Positions 43,186 to 52,788 are shown, counted from the stretch's first letter. The stretch is DNA of 64,000 nucleotides from an uncultured Candidatus Saccharibacteria bacterium (GCA_964591715.1 CAZQDR010000004.1:375-64374); one strand, 5' to 3'. The notes: a model not told the origin generated them from the letters alone. Made by a program: numbers and translations.

Positions 43186-43831
43186 CGATCCCAGCTTGGG
43201 TGAGGCCGCGCTCGCTCACCGTCTCAAAATGTCTCTGGCCGCGGGCGAGCACGTTTTATGGCTGGTCTCTGGCGGCTCCAACATTGCCACTTCGGTAGCG
43301 GTTATGGCGGAGCTACAGCGGGATTTGCCGGCGGCGCTACCGCGCCTAACGGTCATGCTCACGGATGAGCGTTTTGGTCCCGTGGGACACGCTGACTCCA
43401 ATTGGCAACAACTAATCGAGACTGGTTTTAATTTTGAGAAAGTTTTAGCGATTCCGGTCTTGCTAGGCTCACCGCTTGAGGTTACGGTCGAGAAGTATGC
43501 CGAAGAAGTTGCCAAAAATTTTTCGGCTGCGGATGTGGTTATTGCCCAGTTTGGTATTGGGGCCGATGGTCATATTGGCGGTGTCTTACCGCATTCTCCT
43601 GCAACCGAAAGTTCAGCTTTAGTGGCCGGTTATGAGGCGGGCCCCTTTACTAGGATTACGCTGACGCCGGTTGCGCTTGGTCGAGTTGATATTGCCTTTG
43701 CCTTAGCGTTTGGCGAAAGCAAAAAAGTGGCTTTAGCTAATTTACAAAATCACGACGCGTCGCTTACCGCCGAGCCCTGCCAAATTTTAAAACAACTACC
43801 CGAGGCTTATCTTTTTACGGATCAGTCTTAA
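43166..43831 (+). CDS. pgl: 6-phosphogluconolactonase / glucosamine-6-phosphate isomerase family protein (start uncertain)
   Basis: 'HVLWLVSGGSNIAT' and 'LTVMLTDERFGPVGHADSNW' match the Pgl/NagB-fold signature (SGGS...DER). Confidence 0.6.
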   Translation: MRFIRSNDPSLGEAALAHRLKMSLAAGEHVLWLVSGGSNIATSVAVMAELQRDLPAALPRLTVMLTDERFGPVGHADSNWQQLIETGFNFEKVLAIPVLLGSPLEVTVEKYAEEVAKNFSAADVVIAQFGIGADGHIGGVLPHSPATESSALVAGYEAGPFTRITLTPVALGRVDIAFALAFGESKKVALANLQNHDASLTAEPCQILKQLPEAYLFTDQS

Positions 43832-43932
43832 TCAAAACTTAATGTCGCGCCAGCTTATAATGAGGTAGACCTATTGTTCTTTTGTGTGCTCTTTCACAAC
43901 TTAACTAGTTATCTGGGCCAAGGAGGAAACCC

Positions 43933-45219
43933 ATGCCCCTACCACCGCTGTTTACCGGCATTGAGAGTACTCGAATTTGTGGATCATCGGCTGGTGCAGA
44001 GCCCGTCGATGTCATGGATCTGACTGGGCATACCAAATGCTATCAGGAGGATTTGTCTCTGGTTAGAGCGTCGCATATTAGCTTAATTCGCTGTCCGATT
44101 CGTTGGCACGAGATTGAGCGCTGTCGGGGCACTTTTGACTGGACCTTTACCGATGGCTATCTCAAGTGTCTACGGGATCTGGGGATTGAGCCGATCGTTG
44201 ATCTGCTCCACCACACCAGTTTTCCCGACTGGCTTGGTGACGGCTTTCGCGATCAAAGTTTCGTCTCATCATTCGTCGGCTTCTACCGAGCATTCCAGGA
44301 GCGCTATCCTTGGGTACGCAAGTACACGCCCATCAATGAGCCGTTCGTGACCGCCTTTTTCTGTGGCTACACGGGGGACTGGTATCCTCACGGTGAAAGC
44401 CAAGAGGATTTTGTTCAGATTCTGCGGAATTTTGCGGAGGCCTACTGCCTCATTGCGTCGCTGGTGAAAGCGGCTGGCGGTGAGATTGTCCACGTTGATA
44501 GCTGTGAGCATCATCTGGCGGTCGATGGCCAATCAGAGAGATTTGTTGCCGAGCGCAATGAACTTAGGTTCATTTTTGCGGACCTGGTGCTGGGACGACT
44601 TTTGCCCGGGGATTTCAATTACGAGTACCTGGCCGAAGTTCTCCCGGTGGAACAATTGGCTTGGTTTCAAAACCATGCCGCGACCATTGATGTTTTTGGT
44701 CTCGACTTCTATGCTCACAGCCAGATCTGCTGGGCCAAGGGTGGGACTAAACGGGTCGCCCTGACCGAACCGTGGGGCTTTGCGCGAATTGCTACGGGCT
44801 ACTACGAGCGTTACGGCTTGCCGTTAATGCTGTCCGAGACGAATATTCGGGATCCGCATACGGACACCCAAGCAGTTCGCCTGATTTGGTTGCGCCATAT
44901 GCTGGAGGAGTGCGAGCGGCTGACCATTAAGGGCATTCCTTTGCGGGGGTTTTGTTGGTTTCCCTGGATCGATACGGTGGGCTGGAGTGGTTTGGTGACC
45001 GAGGTGACAGATGTGGTTGACCCACAGGGTATCATTAGCTTGAGTCGCCGGTCTACTGGCGAGCTTGAGCTGCAGCGGCACACTACGACGCTAACGGAAC
45101 TTTTTGGCCGCTTAGCTCGAGGAGAACTCCAATCCTCGAGAGACATTCCGGTGCCAAACTTAAACCTGGCGGATTACGGAGACGCAGCGCCGTACGCTTG
45201 CCGGATGGCCCACTGGTAA
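43933..45219 (+). CDS. Glycoside hydrolase family 1-like protein
   Basis: 'IRWHEIE..GTFDW..DGYLKCLRDLGIEPIVDLLHHTSFPDWL' parallels the GH1 'RFSISWSRI..G..N..GL.FY..LID.L...GI.P.VTL.HWDLPQ.L'. Acid/base motif 'INEP' and nucleophile region 'LMLSETN'. Confidence 0.55.
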   Translation: MPLPPLFTGIESTRICGSSAGAEPVDVMDLTGHTKCYQEDLSLVRASHISLIRCPIRWHEIERCRGTFDWTFTDGYLKCLRDLGIEPIVDLLHHTSFPDWLGDGFRDQSFVSSFVGFYRAFQERYPWVRKYTPINEPFVTAFFCGYTGDWYPHGESQEDFVQILRNFAEAYCLIASLVKAAGGEIVHVDSCEHHLAVDGQSERFVAERNELRFIFADLVLGRLLPGDFNYEYLAEVLPVEQLAWFQNHAATIDVFGLDFYAHSQICWAKGGTKRVALTEPWGFARIATGYYERYGLPLMLSETNIRDPHTDTQAVRLIWLRHMLEECERLTIKGIPLRGFCWFPWIDTVGWSGLVTEVTDVVDPQGIISLSRRSTGELELQRHTTTLTELFGRLARGELQSSRDIPVPNLNLADYGDAAPYACRMAHW

Positions 45220-45291
45220 CTAAGGAGAGAGAAATGAAACGAGACAAACCCCAGCACGACGCCGGGGTTTTATTTTGTTACACTAAAAGTA

Positions 45292-46383
45292 ATGAAGCAG
45301 GCGTGGCAGCAGCTTAAAAGTTTGTATTGGCGTTACGAGCGGCATCTCTCATCAGTCTCTCTTTTAGCCGGTTTCGTTTTTGATGCGGTGGCCTTGAAAC
45401 GTGTCGATTTGTTTATTGAAAATTTTTGGATTATCGTTCACTTGTTAATGGCGGCCGTCGGTATTATTTTGCTAAATCTTTACGAGAACCGTCGTCCTGG
45501 TACTTGGCGGACCAGCGTCGTTCACTTTTGGCTGGTAATTCTGATTCAGTTCGCCTTTGGTGGGTTGTTCTCCACCTTTCTCGTCTTCTACTTCCGCAGT
45601 GCAACCTTGGCGGTTAGCTGGCCTTTCTTGGCGCTCTTGGCTGGCTGTTTGATCGCCAACGAATTATTTAAGGAGCACTATATCCGGCTGGTCTATCAGG
45701 TTTTTATTTTCTTTCTTTCGCTATTTTCTTTTGCCATTTATTTTGTGCCCGTGGTTCTGCACAAAATTGGACCGGCGATCTTCGTTTTGAGCGGCTTATT
45801 TAGTCTACTGGGTTTGGCTTTATTTTTGTGGCTACTTTCAGTTATTGCTAAAGAGCGTTTTAAAAAGAGTCGGCGTTTGTTGTGGTTTAGTTTGGGTGGC
45901 GTTTATCTTTTGGTTAATCTGCTTTATTTTACTAATCTAATTCCGCCGCTCCCACTAGCCTTGAAGGATGCCGGCGTTTATCACTCGCTTGAGCGTAGTC
46001 GGGCGGGGGATTACATTGTGGAAGCCGAGCCCAGCGACTGGCGTAATTACTTTAAACTAAATCAGCCATTTACGACGACTGGGCCGGGGACGGTTTACGC
46101 CTTTAGTGCCATTTTTTCACCGACTAAATTGGATATTTCGATTGTTCACGATTGGCAGCATTTCAATGAGACGACCCGTAGCTGGCAAACCATCAGCCGG
46201 GTAACTTTGCCGATTGTGGGCGGCCGCGAGGAGGGTTATCGAACGTACTCCACTTATAACCAGCTTAGCGCCGGCCACTGGCGAATTAACGTGACGACTG
46301 GTCGGGGCCAGGTGCTTGGACGAATCCGCCTCTTGGTCACGAAAGCGCCCACTTTGCCGGCGCTGGTTCGCGAGACTCACTAG
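45292..46383 (+). CDS. Hypothetical polytopic membrane protein with C-terminal soluble domain (363 aa)
   Basis: Six or more hydrophobic helices followed by a ~140 aa domain. No recognisable family. Confidence 0.5.
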   Translation: MKQAWQQLKSLYWRYERHLSSVSLLAGFVFDAVALKRVDLFIENFWIIVHLLMAAVGIILLNLYENRRPGTWRTSVVHFWLVILIQFAFGGLFSTFLVFYFRSATLAVSWPFLALLAGCLIANELFKEHYIRLVYQVFIFFLSLFSFAIYFVPVVLHKIGPAIFVLSGLFSLLGLALFLWLLSVIAKERFKKSRRLLWFSLGGVYLLVNLLYFTNLIPPLPLALKDAGVYHSLERSRAGDYIVEAEPSDWRNYFKLNQPFTTTGPGTVYAFSAIFSPTKLDISIVHDWQHFNETTRSWQTISRVTLPIVGGREEGYRTYSTYNQLSAGHWRINVTTGRGQVLGRIRLLVTKAPTLPALVRETH

Positions 46384-46482
46384 CGAGGCTAATTGACAAA
46401 AACAGCCATAAATGCTAGCCTGTTGGGGTAAGTTTCCTCTCGTGTTTTTAATTAATCGGGGCGCCTTACATCATCAATTCTA

Positions 46483-47661
46483 ATGTTTAAACGATATCCG
46501 CCCCGTGGGCGTTCATTTAGTGCTTCGCGTTCTCGACCTAGCCGCTCCGGTGGCCGGAGTCAGCATATTGACGTGTCCAAATTTATAAATAAAGCCGTCG
46601 TTACTGAAACGGCGCCTTTCGTGCCTCAACACTCTTTTGCCGACTTTGCGATTGACGAACGACTGAAGAAAAATATTATTACCCAACGCTATACTCAGCC
46701 AACGCCAATTCAGGACAAGGCGATCCCTCATGTCTTGCAGGGCGCTGATGTGGTGGGTATTGCTAACACGGGTACCGGAAAAACGGCCGCCTTTTTGGTG
46801 CCGCTTTTGCATAAGGTTTTAACCGATCAACAGCAAAATATTCTCGTCGTGGTGCCGACTCGTGAATTAGCCATCCAGATTAATCAGGAGCTAGTTAAGT
46901 TTAGTTATGGTCTTGGGATTTGGTCCGTCTGTGCCGTAGGTGGCGCGCCGATCGGCCGTCAGATTTACGACCTCCGTGGTCGCCACAACTTCGTGATTGG
47001 TACGCCGGGCCGACTTAAAGATTTAATTGAGCGCAAGTGTTTATCCTTAGCTCGCTTCAAGACGATCGTCTTAGATGAAGCTGATCGGATGCTCGATATG
47101 GGTTTTATTCAAGATATGCGCTTTTTGGTGGCGGGTATGCCACCCGAGCGCCAGACGCTCTTCTTTACCGCTACTATGTCCCACGATATCGAGCGCTTGA
47201 TTAAGGAGTTTCTTAAAAATCACGTCACGATCTCCGTTAAGACGGGCGATACCTCCAAGAACGTTGACCAAGACGTTGTGCGACTCATTCGCGGCGACGC
47301 TAAGATTGAGGTGCTTCACGAAATGTTAAACAAGCCTGAGTTCTTAAAGGTTTTAATTTTCGGCAAAACTAAGCACGGCGTTGAGCGTCTCTCTCAAACT
47401 CTAATTGATCGTGGTTTCAAAGCGGCTTCAATTCATGGTGACAAAAATCATTCGCATCGTCAGCGCGCACTTAAAGCGTTTAAAGACAGTGAAGCCAAGA
47501 TCTTAGTGGCTACCGACGTGGCAGCTCGCGGTTTAGATATCCCTGATGTTAGTCACGTCATTAACTATGATTTGCCTGCCACCTTCGACGATTACATCCA
47601 CCGCATCGGCCGAACGGGTCGCGGCAACAAGAAGGGTAAAGCTTTGACGTTTATTGACTAA
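46483..47661 (+). CDS. DEAD-box ATP-dependent RNA helicase
   Basis: Q-motif 'FADFAI...TQPTPIQ', motif I 'ANTGTGKTAAF', 'PTRELA', 'VLDEADRMLDMGF' (DEAD), 'FTAT' (SAT-like) and 'HRIGRTGRGNKKG'. Arg/Ser-rich N-terminal tail. Confidence 0.9.
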   Translation: MFKRYPPRGRSFSASRSRPSRSGGRSQHIDVSKFINKAVVTETAPFVPQHSFADFAIDERLKKNIITQRYTQPTPIQDKAIPHVLQGADVVGIANTGTGKTAAFLVPLLHKVLTDQQQNILVVVPTRELAIQINQELVKFSYGLGIWSVCAVGGAPIGRQIYDLRGRHNFVIGTPGRLKDLIERKCLSLARFKTIVLDEADRMLDMGFIQDMRFLVAGMPPERQTLFFTATMSHDIERLIKEFLKNHVTISVKTGDTSKNVDQDVVRLIRGDAKIEVLHEMLNKPEFLKVLIFGKTKHGVERLSQTLIDRGFKAASIHGDKNHSHRQRALKAFKDSEAKILVATDVAARGLDIPDVSHVINYDLPATFDDYIHRIGRTGRGNKKGKALTFID

Positions 47662-48312
47662 TCACAATCCTTCGTTAAAAATCTTTAAGTCGCGTTTAAA
47701 GATAAAACGCGCGAGATGGTAAATGGTAAAGGTGATGAAGAAGGCGGCGACGACATCAATTGAATAGTGGAGGTGGCCCATCAGTACCACTACACCAAAG
47801 AAAATAGCGGCGGCACTAAAGAAGATTAGGAGCCGCCGATTTTCGTGGAAAATCAAACCCAGCAGAAAGGGCTGACCAGTGTGACCGGAGAAGAATAAAT
47901 CACCGCCGAAGGTAAACTTTTCGATCAGCTGTGAGGTGTAATCAATCACGGTTCGGTCGGGGAAAGGTCCAATGTGAGTAAGGGTAATAAATAGTGAGCG
48001 GATCAAAATAAATAGTGCCAGCGAGTTTAGTACGAATGGTAGCCGCCGCGGCTCCGAGAAGCAAAGCCAAGCCGCAATTGCAAAAACGACGATTGGTCCG
48101 TAAACAAAGGGTAGGTCGACATTATAGACAGGGATGTTGTCGAGAATGACGTCAGTGACATAATTGCTCGCATGAGTGGTGGCAAAACTGCCGGCATAGA
48201 AGTTTACAATTAAACTGAAGAGGAAGAGCAGGGTGGCCATGGTGGTGGCCATGACAAAGCGACGATTCGAGAAGTAGCGACGATAACTTGGATTTAGGTT
48301 TTTATCCTGCAT
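47662..48312 (-). CDS. PAP2-like (phosphatidic-acid-phosphatase type 2 superfamily) integral membrane protein
   Basis: Polytopic. 'FFSGHTG' (PSGH-like) and 'HLHYSIDVVAA' (H-x3-D) resemble PAP2 motifs 2 and 3. Motif 1 is unclear. Confidence 0.45.
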   Translation of the reverse strand: MQDKNLNPSYRRYFSNRRFVMATTMATLLFLFSLIVNFYAGSFATTHASNYVTDVILDNIPVYNVDLPFVYGPIVVFAIAAWLCFSEPRRLPFVLNSLALFILIRSLFITLTHIGPFPDRTVIDYTSQLIEKFTFGGDLFFSGHTGQPFLLGLIFHENRRLLIFFSAAAIFFGVVVLMGHLHYSIDVVAAFFITFTIYHLARFIFKRDLKIFNEGL

Positions 48313-48318
48313 ATTGTG

Positions 48319-49038
48319 TTAGCGAATTTCCTTCCACTCCTTGCTGTATGATTTTTTAAATAAAGTAACCGAGAGGGAATTGATGGCCCAAATTGAGAGC
48401 AGTTTGGGCCAGCCAACACTGTGTGGTCGGCGGCCGGTGTGATAAACCGTTAAGTCCCGGATCACCCGTGTTTTACCGACCAGTGAAAGTCGGCGGAAGA
48501 ACTCAAAATCTTCCCCGGCTACATACTGATGGTTGTAGCCACCCAGTTGGCGGTACTTTTGGGTGCGCATCATTTGGAACTCGCCCGCCGCCATACCAAT
48601 CCCGCAGAAATTATTAAAAAAGAGCAGATAGTAACCAAAGCACCAAAATACCAATCGATCAAAAAAAGTTTCCATTTCTGGTAGTACGCGAATGAACGGA
48701 GCAATCGCCACCAACTTTTCGTCCGCCGCAAACAGCTTGAGCGCCTTCGCAAAAAACTCGTCCGGATTGGGGATGGTGACGTCGGCATCAAGAAAGAGCA
48801 AAAAGTCGCCTGTGGCCAGAGCGGCGCCGGCATTGCGACCGCCCGCAATGGTTTGTCGGGCGGAGTCATGATCAAGCGCAATCTTATTGGTATAGCGGCG
48901 GGCGATGGCAACGGTTTGGTCGGTGCTCTTGCCGTCGGAGACGATAATTTCGTGGGGGCCGGTATACTCGGCTAGATTTTTAAGCGTCTTCTCAATGATC
49001 TTCTCCTCATCAAGAGTTGGAATAATAATGGAAATCAT
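48319..49038 (-). CDS. Family 2 glycosyltransferase (DPM1/GtrB/ArnC-like)
   Basis: 'ISIIIPTLDEE', 'VSDGKSTDQT', 'LFLDADV' (DxD), about 240 aa with no TM helices. Confidence 0.8.
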   Translation of the reverse strand: MISIIIPTLDEEKIIEKTLKNLAEYTGPHEIIVSDGKSTDQTVAIARRYTNKIALDHDSARQTIAGGRNAGAALATGDFLLFLDADVTIPNPDEFFAKALKLFAADEKLVAIAPFIRVLPEMETFFDRLVFWCFGYYLLFFNNFCGIGMAAGEFQMMRTQKYRQLGGYNHQYVAGEDFEFFRRLSLVGKTRVIRDLTVYHTGRRPHSVGWPKLLSIWAINSLSVTLFKKSYSKEWKEIR

Positions 49039-49631
49039 GAAGTTAAAATTTTATTCTTAAAATAACGGGACAAGCCATAAGTGGCGGCTCCGACCAAGAC
49101 GATGACTGAGATAACGAAGACGATCTTTAAATCACCGCTGATACGAGTGTACACTTCACCAAAGAAGTAGCCAATAGCGAGTAGTCCCGAGACGAGGATA
49201 ACTTCGCCGAGGAAATTTAAGAGCATGTAGGTTCGGAAGGGGACGCGGGTGGCGCCAGCGGCAATCACCGTGGCCAAAGCCATCCCAAAACCAATTGTGA
49301 CTTTGGAGATAAAAAGAATCTTCGCCTCGTATCGACGGAAGAGCTCCTTCGCTACAACAAACTTCTCTGGTGTCAGACCAAAAAAGTGGCCATAGCGACG
49401 GATGAGCGGTTCTGCAAAATAATAGCCAACGAAGTACCAAAAAATATCCGCCAACAGATCACCAATCACGAGTGCTAGGAATAGTGGCACCAAGGCAAAG
49501 ATGCCGGTACGAAGCATGATACCGGAGGCGACCATAATAACGGGACCCTCAATGATTGCACCGGCGATTAGGAGCGGATAACGCCAAGCGCTAGCAAAGG
49601 TTAAAATGTAAGTGAGAAAAGGTGGCGGCAT
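49035..49631 (-). CDS. DedA/VTT-domain family membrane protein
   Basis: 'GAIIEGPVIMVASGIM', the re-entrant region 'FGLTPEKFVVAKELFRRYEAKILFISKVTIGFG' and the overall 198 aa topology are typical of DedA proteins. Confidence 0.7.
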   Translation of the reverse strand: MPPPFLTYILTFASAWRYPLLIAGAIIEGPVIMVASGIMLRTGIFALVPLFLALVIGDLLADIFWYFVGYYFAEPLIRRYGHFFGLTPEKFVVAKELFRRYEAKILFISKVTIGFGMALATVIAAGATRVPFRTYMLLNFLGEVILVSGLLAIGYFFGEVYTRISGDLKIVFVISVIVLVGAATYGLSRYFKNKILTS

Positions 49632-49637
49632 AAAAGT

Positions 49638-50357
49638 TTAGCTTCCGGAAGACTCATGATATGGTCGACCAAAGAAGGTTACCCAGAGATAATTAATAAC
49701 GTAGCGCCAAGTTAAACGCAGGACACCAAGTCGGTTGAAGCGACGGGCCGATGATTCGACGACCAGGTCATTTTGGAATAGCACCTTGCCTACCTTGGCC
49801 AGTTGTCGGGCGAGCTCAGTATCATCGCCGTGAAATACGAAACTGGTATCATAGCCCCCGATCTTCTCCAGAGCGCTGGCGCGCATTACCACATTGCCCC
49901 CAACCATCACCAAGCCGCGACGGAAGAGGTGGTAGTTGACCGTGCTTACCCAATTGTAAACTATCTTTTGCGATAGTGTCGTCCAAAAAGCAAACCAGCG
50001 GCCGCGATCGTAATAGTGGTAGGGTCCAGTCACGGCGACCACGTTTGGGTTGGCGAAATAGCGGCCGGCGCGCTTCAACCAGTCGGTTGGCGGTAGGCAA
50101 TCGGCATCCAGATTGGCAATTAGTTCGCCAGTGGCTGCTTGCCGACCGCACTCCCGGGCAAACTGCGTGCCCCGGCGCGACTCGTGCAAAAGTTTAACGG
50201 CGGGGAAGGCCGCCACCTTACCGGCCGTGTCATCCGTGCTGTTGTTATCGACCACTATTACCTCGTAGTCGGGAAAGTCGAGCCGGAAGACAGCCTCAAG
50301 CGTGGCAGTAATAAAATTAGACTCATTGTGGGCCGGGATAATTATGGAAACCTTCAT
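49638..50357 (-). CDS. Family 2 glycosyltransferase
   Basis: 'VSIIIPAHNE', 'VVDNNSTDDT', 'ANLDADC' (DxD). Confidence 0.8.
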   Translation of the reverse strand: MKVSIIIPAHNESNFITATLEAVFRLDFPDYEVIVVDNNSTDDTAGKVAAFPAVKLLHESRRGTQFARECGRQAATGELIANLDADCLPPTDWLKRAGRYFANPNVVAVTGPYHYYDRGRWFAFWTTLSQKIVYNWVSTVNYHLFRRGLVMVGGNVVMRASALEKIGGYDTSFVFHGDDTELARQLAKVGKVLFQNDLVVESSARRFNRLGVLRLTWRYVINYLWVTFFGRPYHESSGS

Positions 50358-50393
50358 ATAGCTATGTTGAGCTGGGTATAGTATACTAAAAAT

Positions 50394-50873
50394 ATGAATA
50401 ACAAAACATTAGTTTCCCTTATTGTAATTATTGTTATTATCATTGGCGCGGTGTGGTATTTTAACCGCCCAGCGCCAGTAGTCTCTGAACCAATTATCCC
50501 AACACCAAGCGAGATGGCGACCACCACCCTGCCTTTACCAACTGGCACTTCCACTGTAAGCACGAGCACCAGTTCGGTCCCGACTGCTACCACAACACCT
50601 AAGGTGTTAACGGTCACTGGTTCCAATTTTGCTTTCGCTCCCACTCAACTAACGGTCAAAAAGGGCGAGACCGTAACAATCAACTTCGAAAATACTGGCG
50701 GTTTGCATGACTGGAAGATTGATGAGTTTAATGCCGCCACTAAAAAGATTAACGGCGGCCAAACCGATTCTGTTACTTTCGTTGCTGACAAAGCTGGCTC
50801 GTTTGAGTATTACTGTTCGGTCGGAACGCATCGCCAAATGGGTATGCGTGGTACCCTTATCGTGACGCCGTAA
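50394..50873 (+). CDS. Membrane-anchored cupredoxin (type-1 blue-copper, plastocyanin/azurin-like) protein
   Basis: N-terminal TM helix, Thr/Ser/Pro linker, then a cupredoxin domain with the ligand pattern 'LHDW' ... 'YYCSVGTHRQMGM' (His, Cys, His, Met). Confidence 0.7.
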   Translation: MNNKTLVSLIVIIVIIIGAVWYFNRPAPVVSEPIIPTPSEMATTTLPLPTGTSTVSTSTSSVPTATTTPKVLTVTGSNFAFAPTQLTVKKGETVTINFENTGGLHDWKIDEFNAATKKINGGQTDSVTFVADKAGSFEYYCSVGTHRQMGMRGTLIVTP

Positions 50874-50888
50874 GTTTAATTTTTCAGA

Positions 50889-52175
50889 ATGTTTCGTCGC
50901 CCCGTTCTCTACGCTTTATTTTTTATCAACTTGGGAATTGTCGGCTTCATCTGGTGGAGCGGTTCCCACTCTCTTTTGGTCAACCAAAGCGGTGTCGCCA
51001 TTGCCTTCGGTCGCTTGGCGGGATTGCTGATGGAGTATTTTATTTTGGTCCAGCTCGTATTGATTGGTCGGATCAGACCAGTGGAGCGAGAGTTTGGTCA
51101 TGATAAATTAAATCGGGTTCATCGGACACTCGGATACAGTTTGGCGGCGGTTTTGCTCCTTCACCCATTTTTGTTGACGCTCGGTTACGCCTGGCAGAGT
51201 AATCGTTCGCTGATTGGTCAATTCTCAAATTTCCTCACTAGTTGGGATGATGTGGCTAAAGCGGCCGCCGCCCTAGTTATCTTTGTTGTTATTATCGGCA
51301 TTTCCGTGGCGATCGTTCGTCGCAAACTGCGATACGAGACTTGGTACTTTAGCCACCTGTCACTATACGTGGCAATTTTCTTGGCGTTTGATCATCAAAC
51401 CAAAACGGCCGACGTGAGTTTTGGTTGGCCGCTCTACTATTGGCTTGGCTTAAACTACTTGGTGTTTGGCCTGTTGCTTGCTTATCGCTTTCTCCGGCCA
51501 CTCTACCTCTTCAATCGTCATCGCTTTACTGTAGAGAAAGTGGTACCCGAGACACACGATGTTCAGTCCGTTTATATTCGCGGACGTAAACTCGAGCGCT
51601 ATCGGTTTGAGGCGGGGCAGTTTGTTAATGTTACCTTCCTGCGACGAGGGATGTGGTACACGCATCCATTCTCCTTTTCGGCGGCGCCCAACGGTAAGTA
51701 TCTCCGGCTGTCCATTAAGCGCAGCGGGGACTTTACCTCGCAGATTCAGAATATTAAGCCAGGCACTAAAGTGATTTTAGATGGTCCGCTCGGCCGCTTC
51801 ACCACGCGCGCGGCTACTCGCTCCAAGTTTTTGCTAATCGCTGGTGGTATCGGAATTACGCCGCTGCGTTCGTTAACCGAGGAACTAGCGGCAGCGAAGA
51901 AGGATTTTATATTATTGTTTGCGAATAAAACGGAAGCGGATGTGGTTTTTAAAACTGAACTGGAGCAATTGGCGCTGGGGGACCGCTGGCACAATCTATT
52001 CTCGAGTCAGGGTCAATATGTCGACGCCGCACAAATTAAAACTATCGCAGCAGATTTTATGGAGCGCGAAGTTTACTTATGCGGCCCGCCACCAATGTTG
52101 AAGGGGGTGCGAAAAGTACTCTTGGATCTTGGTTTGCCGGCGGAGCAGCTCCACTACGAAATCTTTGCTTACTAG
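50889..52175 (+). CDS. Ferric-reductase/NOX-family membrane flavocytochrome (6-TM heme domain + FAD + NAD(P)H domains)
   Basis: TM His pairs ('HRTLGY...LLLHPF', 'FSHLSLY...FDHQ'), FAD-binding 'HPFSFSA', NAD-binding 'LLIAGGIGITPLRS', and C-terminal 'CGPPPM'. Confidence 0.7.
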   Translation: MFRRPVLYALFFINLGIVGFIWWSGSHSLLVNQSGVAIAFGRLAGLLMEYFILVQLVLIGRIRPVEREFGHDKLNRVHRTLGYSLAAVLLLHPFLLTLGYAWQSNRSLIGQFSNFLTSWDDVAKAAAALVIFVVIIGISVAIVRRKLRYETWYFSHLSLYVAIFLAFDHQTKTADVSFGWPLYYWLGLNYLVFGLLLAYRFLRPLYLFNRHRFTVEKVVPETHDVQSVYIRGRKLERYRFEAGQFVNVTFLRRGMWYTHPFSFSAAPNGKYLRLSIKRSGDFTSQIQNIKPGTKVILDGPLGRFTTRAATRSKFLLIAGGIGITPLRSLTEELAAAKKDFILLFANKTEADVVFKTELEQLALGDRWHNLFSSQGQYVDAAQIKTIAADFMEREVYLCGPPPMLKGVRKVLLDLGLPAEQLHYEIFAY

Positions 52176-52238
52176 TTTGACAAGGTTGGGGATTGGCATA
52201 AAGTAAAACTAGTCACCCATTTTTGAAAGGGGGTTCTT

Positions 52239-52679
52239 TTGAAAACTAATCAAAGGCTGTGGCGCCTGCCACTAGAGGTCCCGCGCCAGGCAATGACTAG
52301 CCGCGAACGATTTTGGTATTCTCGCCCGCGCTTGCGCCGTTGGCTCAAGCACAATTGCTGGTTCTTGGTCTACGGTGTTCATGCCGTCTTCGCGGCCAGC
52401 GTATTTGCTTGGCTGATGCTTAGGGATGAATTTGTTCTGGCGTTCCTAGCCTTGACGATTCAAATGCTGGTTTATCTGGCAACGAGCTACATTATCGTCA
52501 ACTTGCTTGAGCCATTCTTTGAGGTCGGGGATTTTCGCTACTGTCCCAAGTGCGAGGCGGCGGTGCGACCCCACTTTAGCTCACCGTTCTTTGGGTGGCG
52601 TCGGCGAGTGAGTTGTCCCAACGAAGACTGTGGCCATGTCTTCCATTGCGAAAGCGCCAAATTATCAGCTGATCCGTAG
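52239..52679 (+). CDS. Hypothetical membrane protein with C-terminal zinc-ribbon (CPKC...CPNEDCGH)
   Basis: Two TM helices, then a Cys4-type ribbon. No recognisable family. Confidence 0.4.
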   Translation: MKTNQRLWRLPLEVPRQAMTSRERFWYSRPRLRRWLKHNCWFLVYGVHAVFAASVFAWLMLRDEFVLAFLALTIQMLVYLATSYIIVNLLEPFFEVGDFRYCPKCEAAVRPHFSSPFFGWRRRVSCPNEDCGHVFHCESAKLSADP

Positions 52680-52788
52680 TCACTTAAGGCCCTCCACTCG
52701 GAGGGTCTTTTCTATACTCAAAATTAGTGTTAGATTCTAAATGGCGTTTAAATAGTCGGATCTAACCTTCTATAAGTAGGAGCAACCA

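Noticed and set aside
40770-45290. Classical tRNA-targeted integrative element (integrase + att repeats) at tRNA-Gln
   Set aside because: No integrase or recombinase gene. No direct repeat of the tRNA 3' end at the far boundary. The block lies on the 5' side of the tRNA. Only the compositional anomaly is reported.
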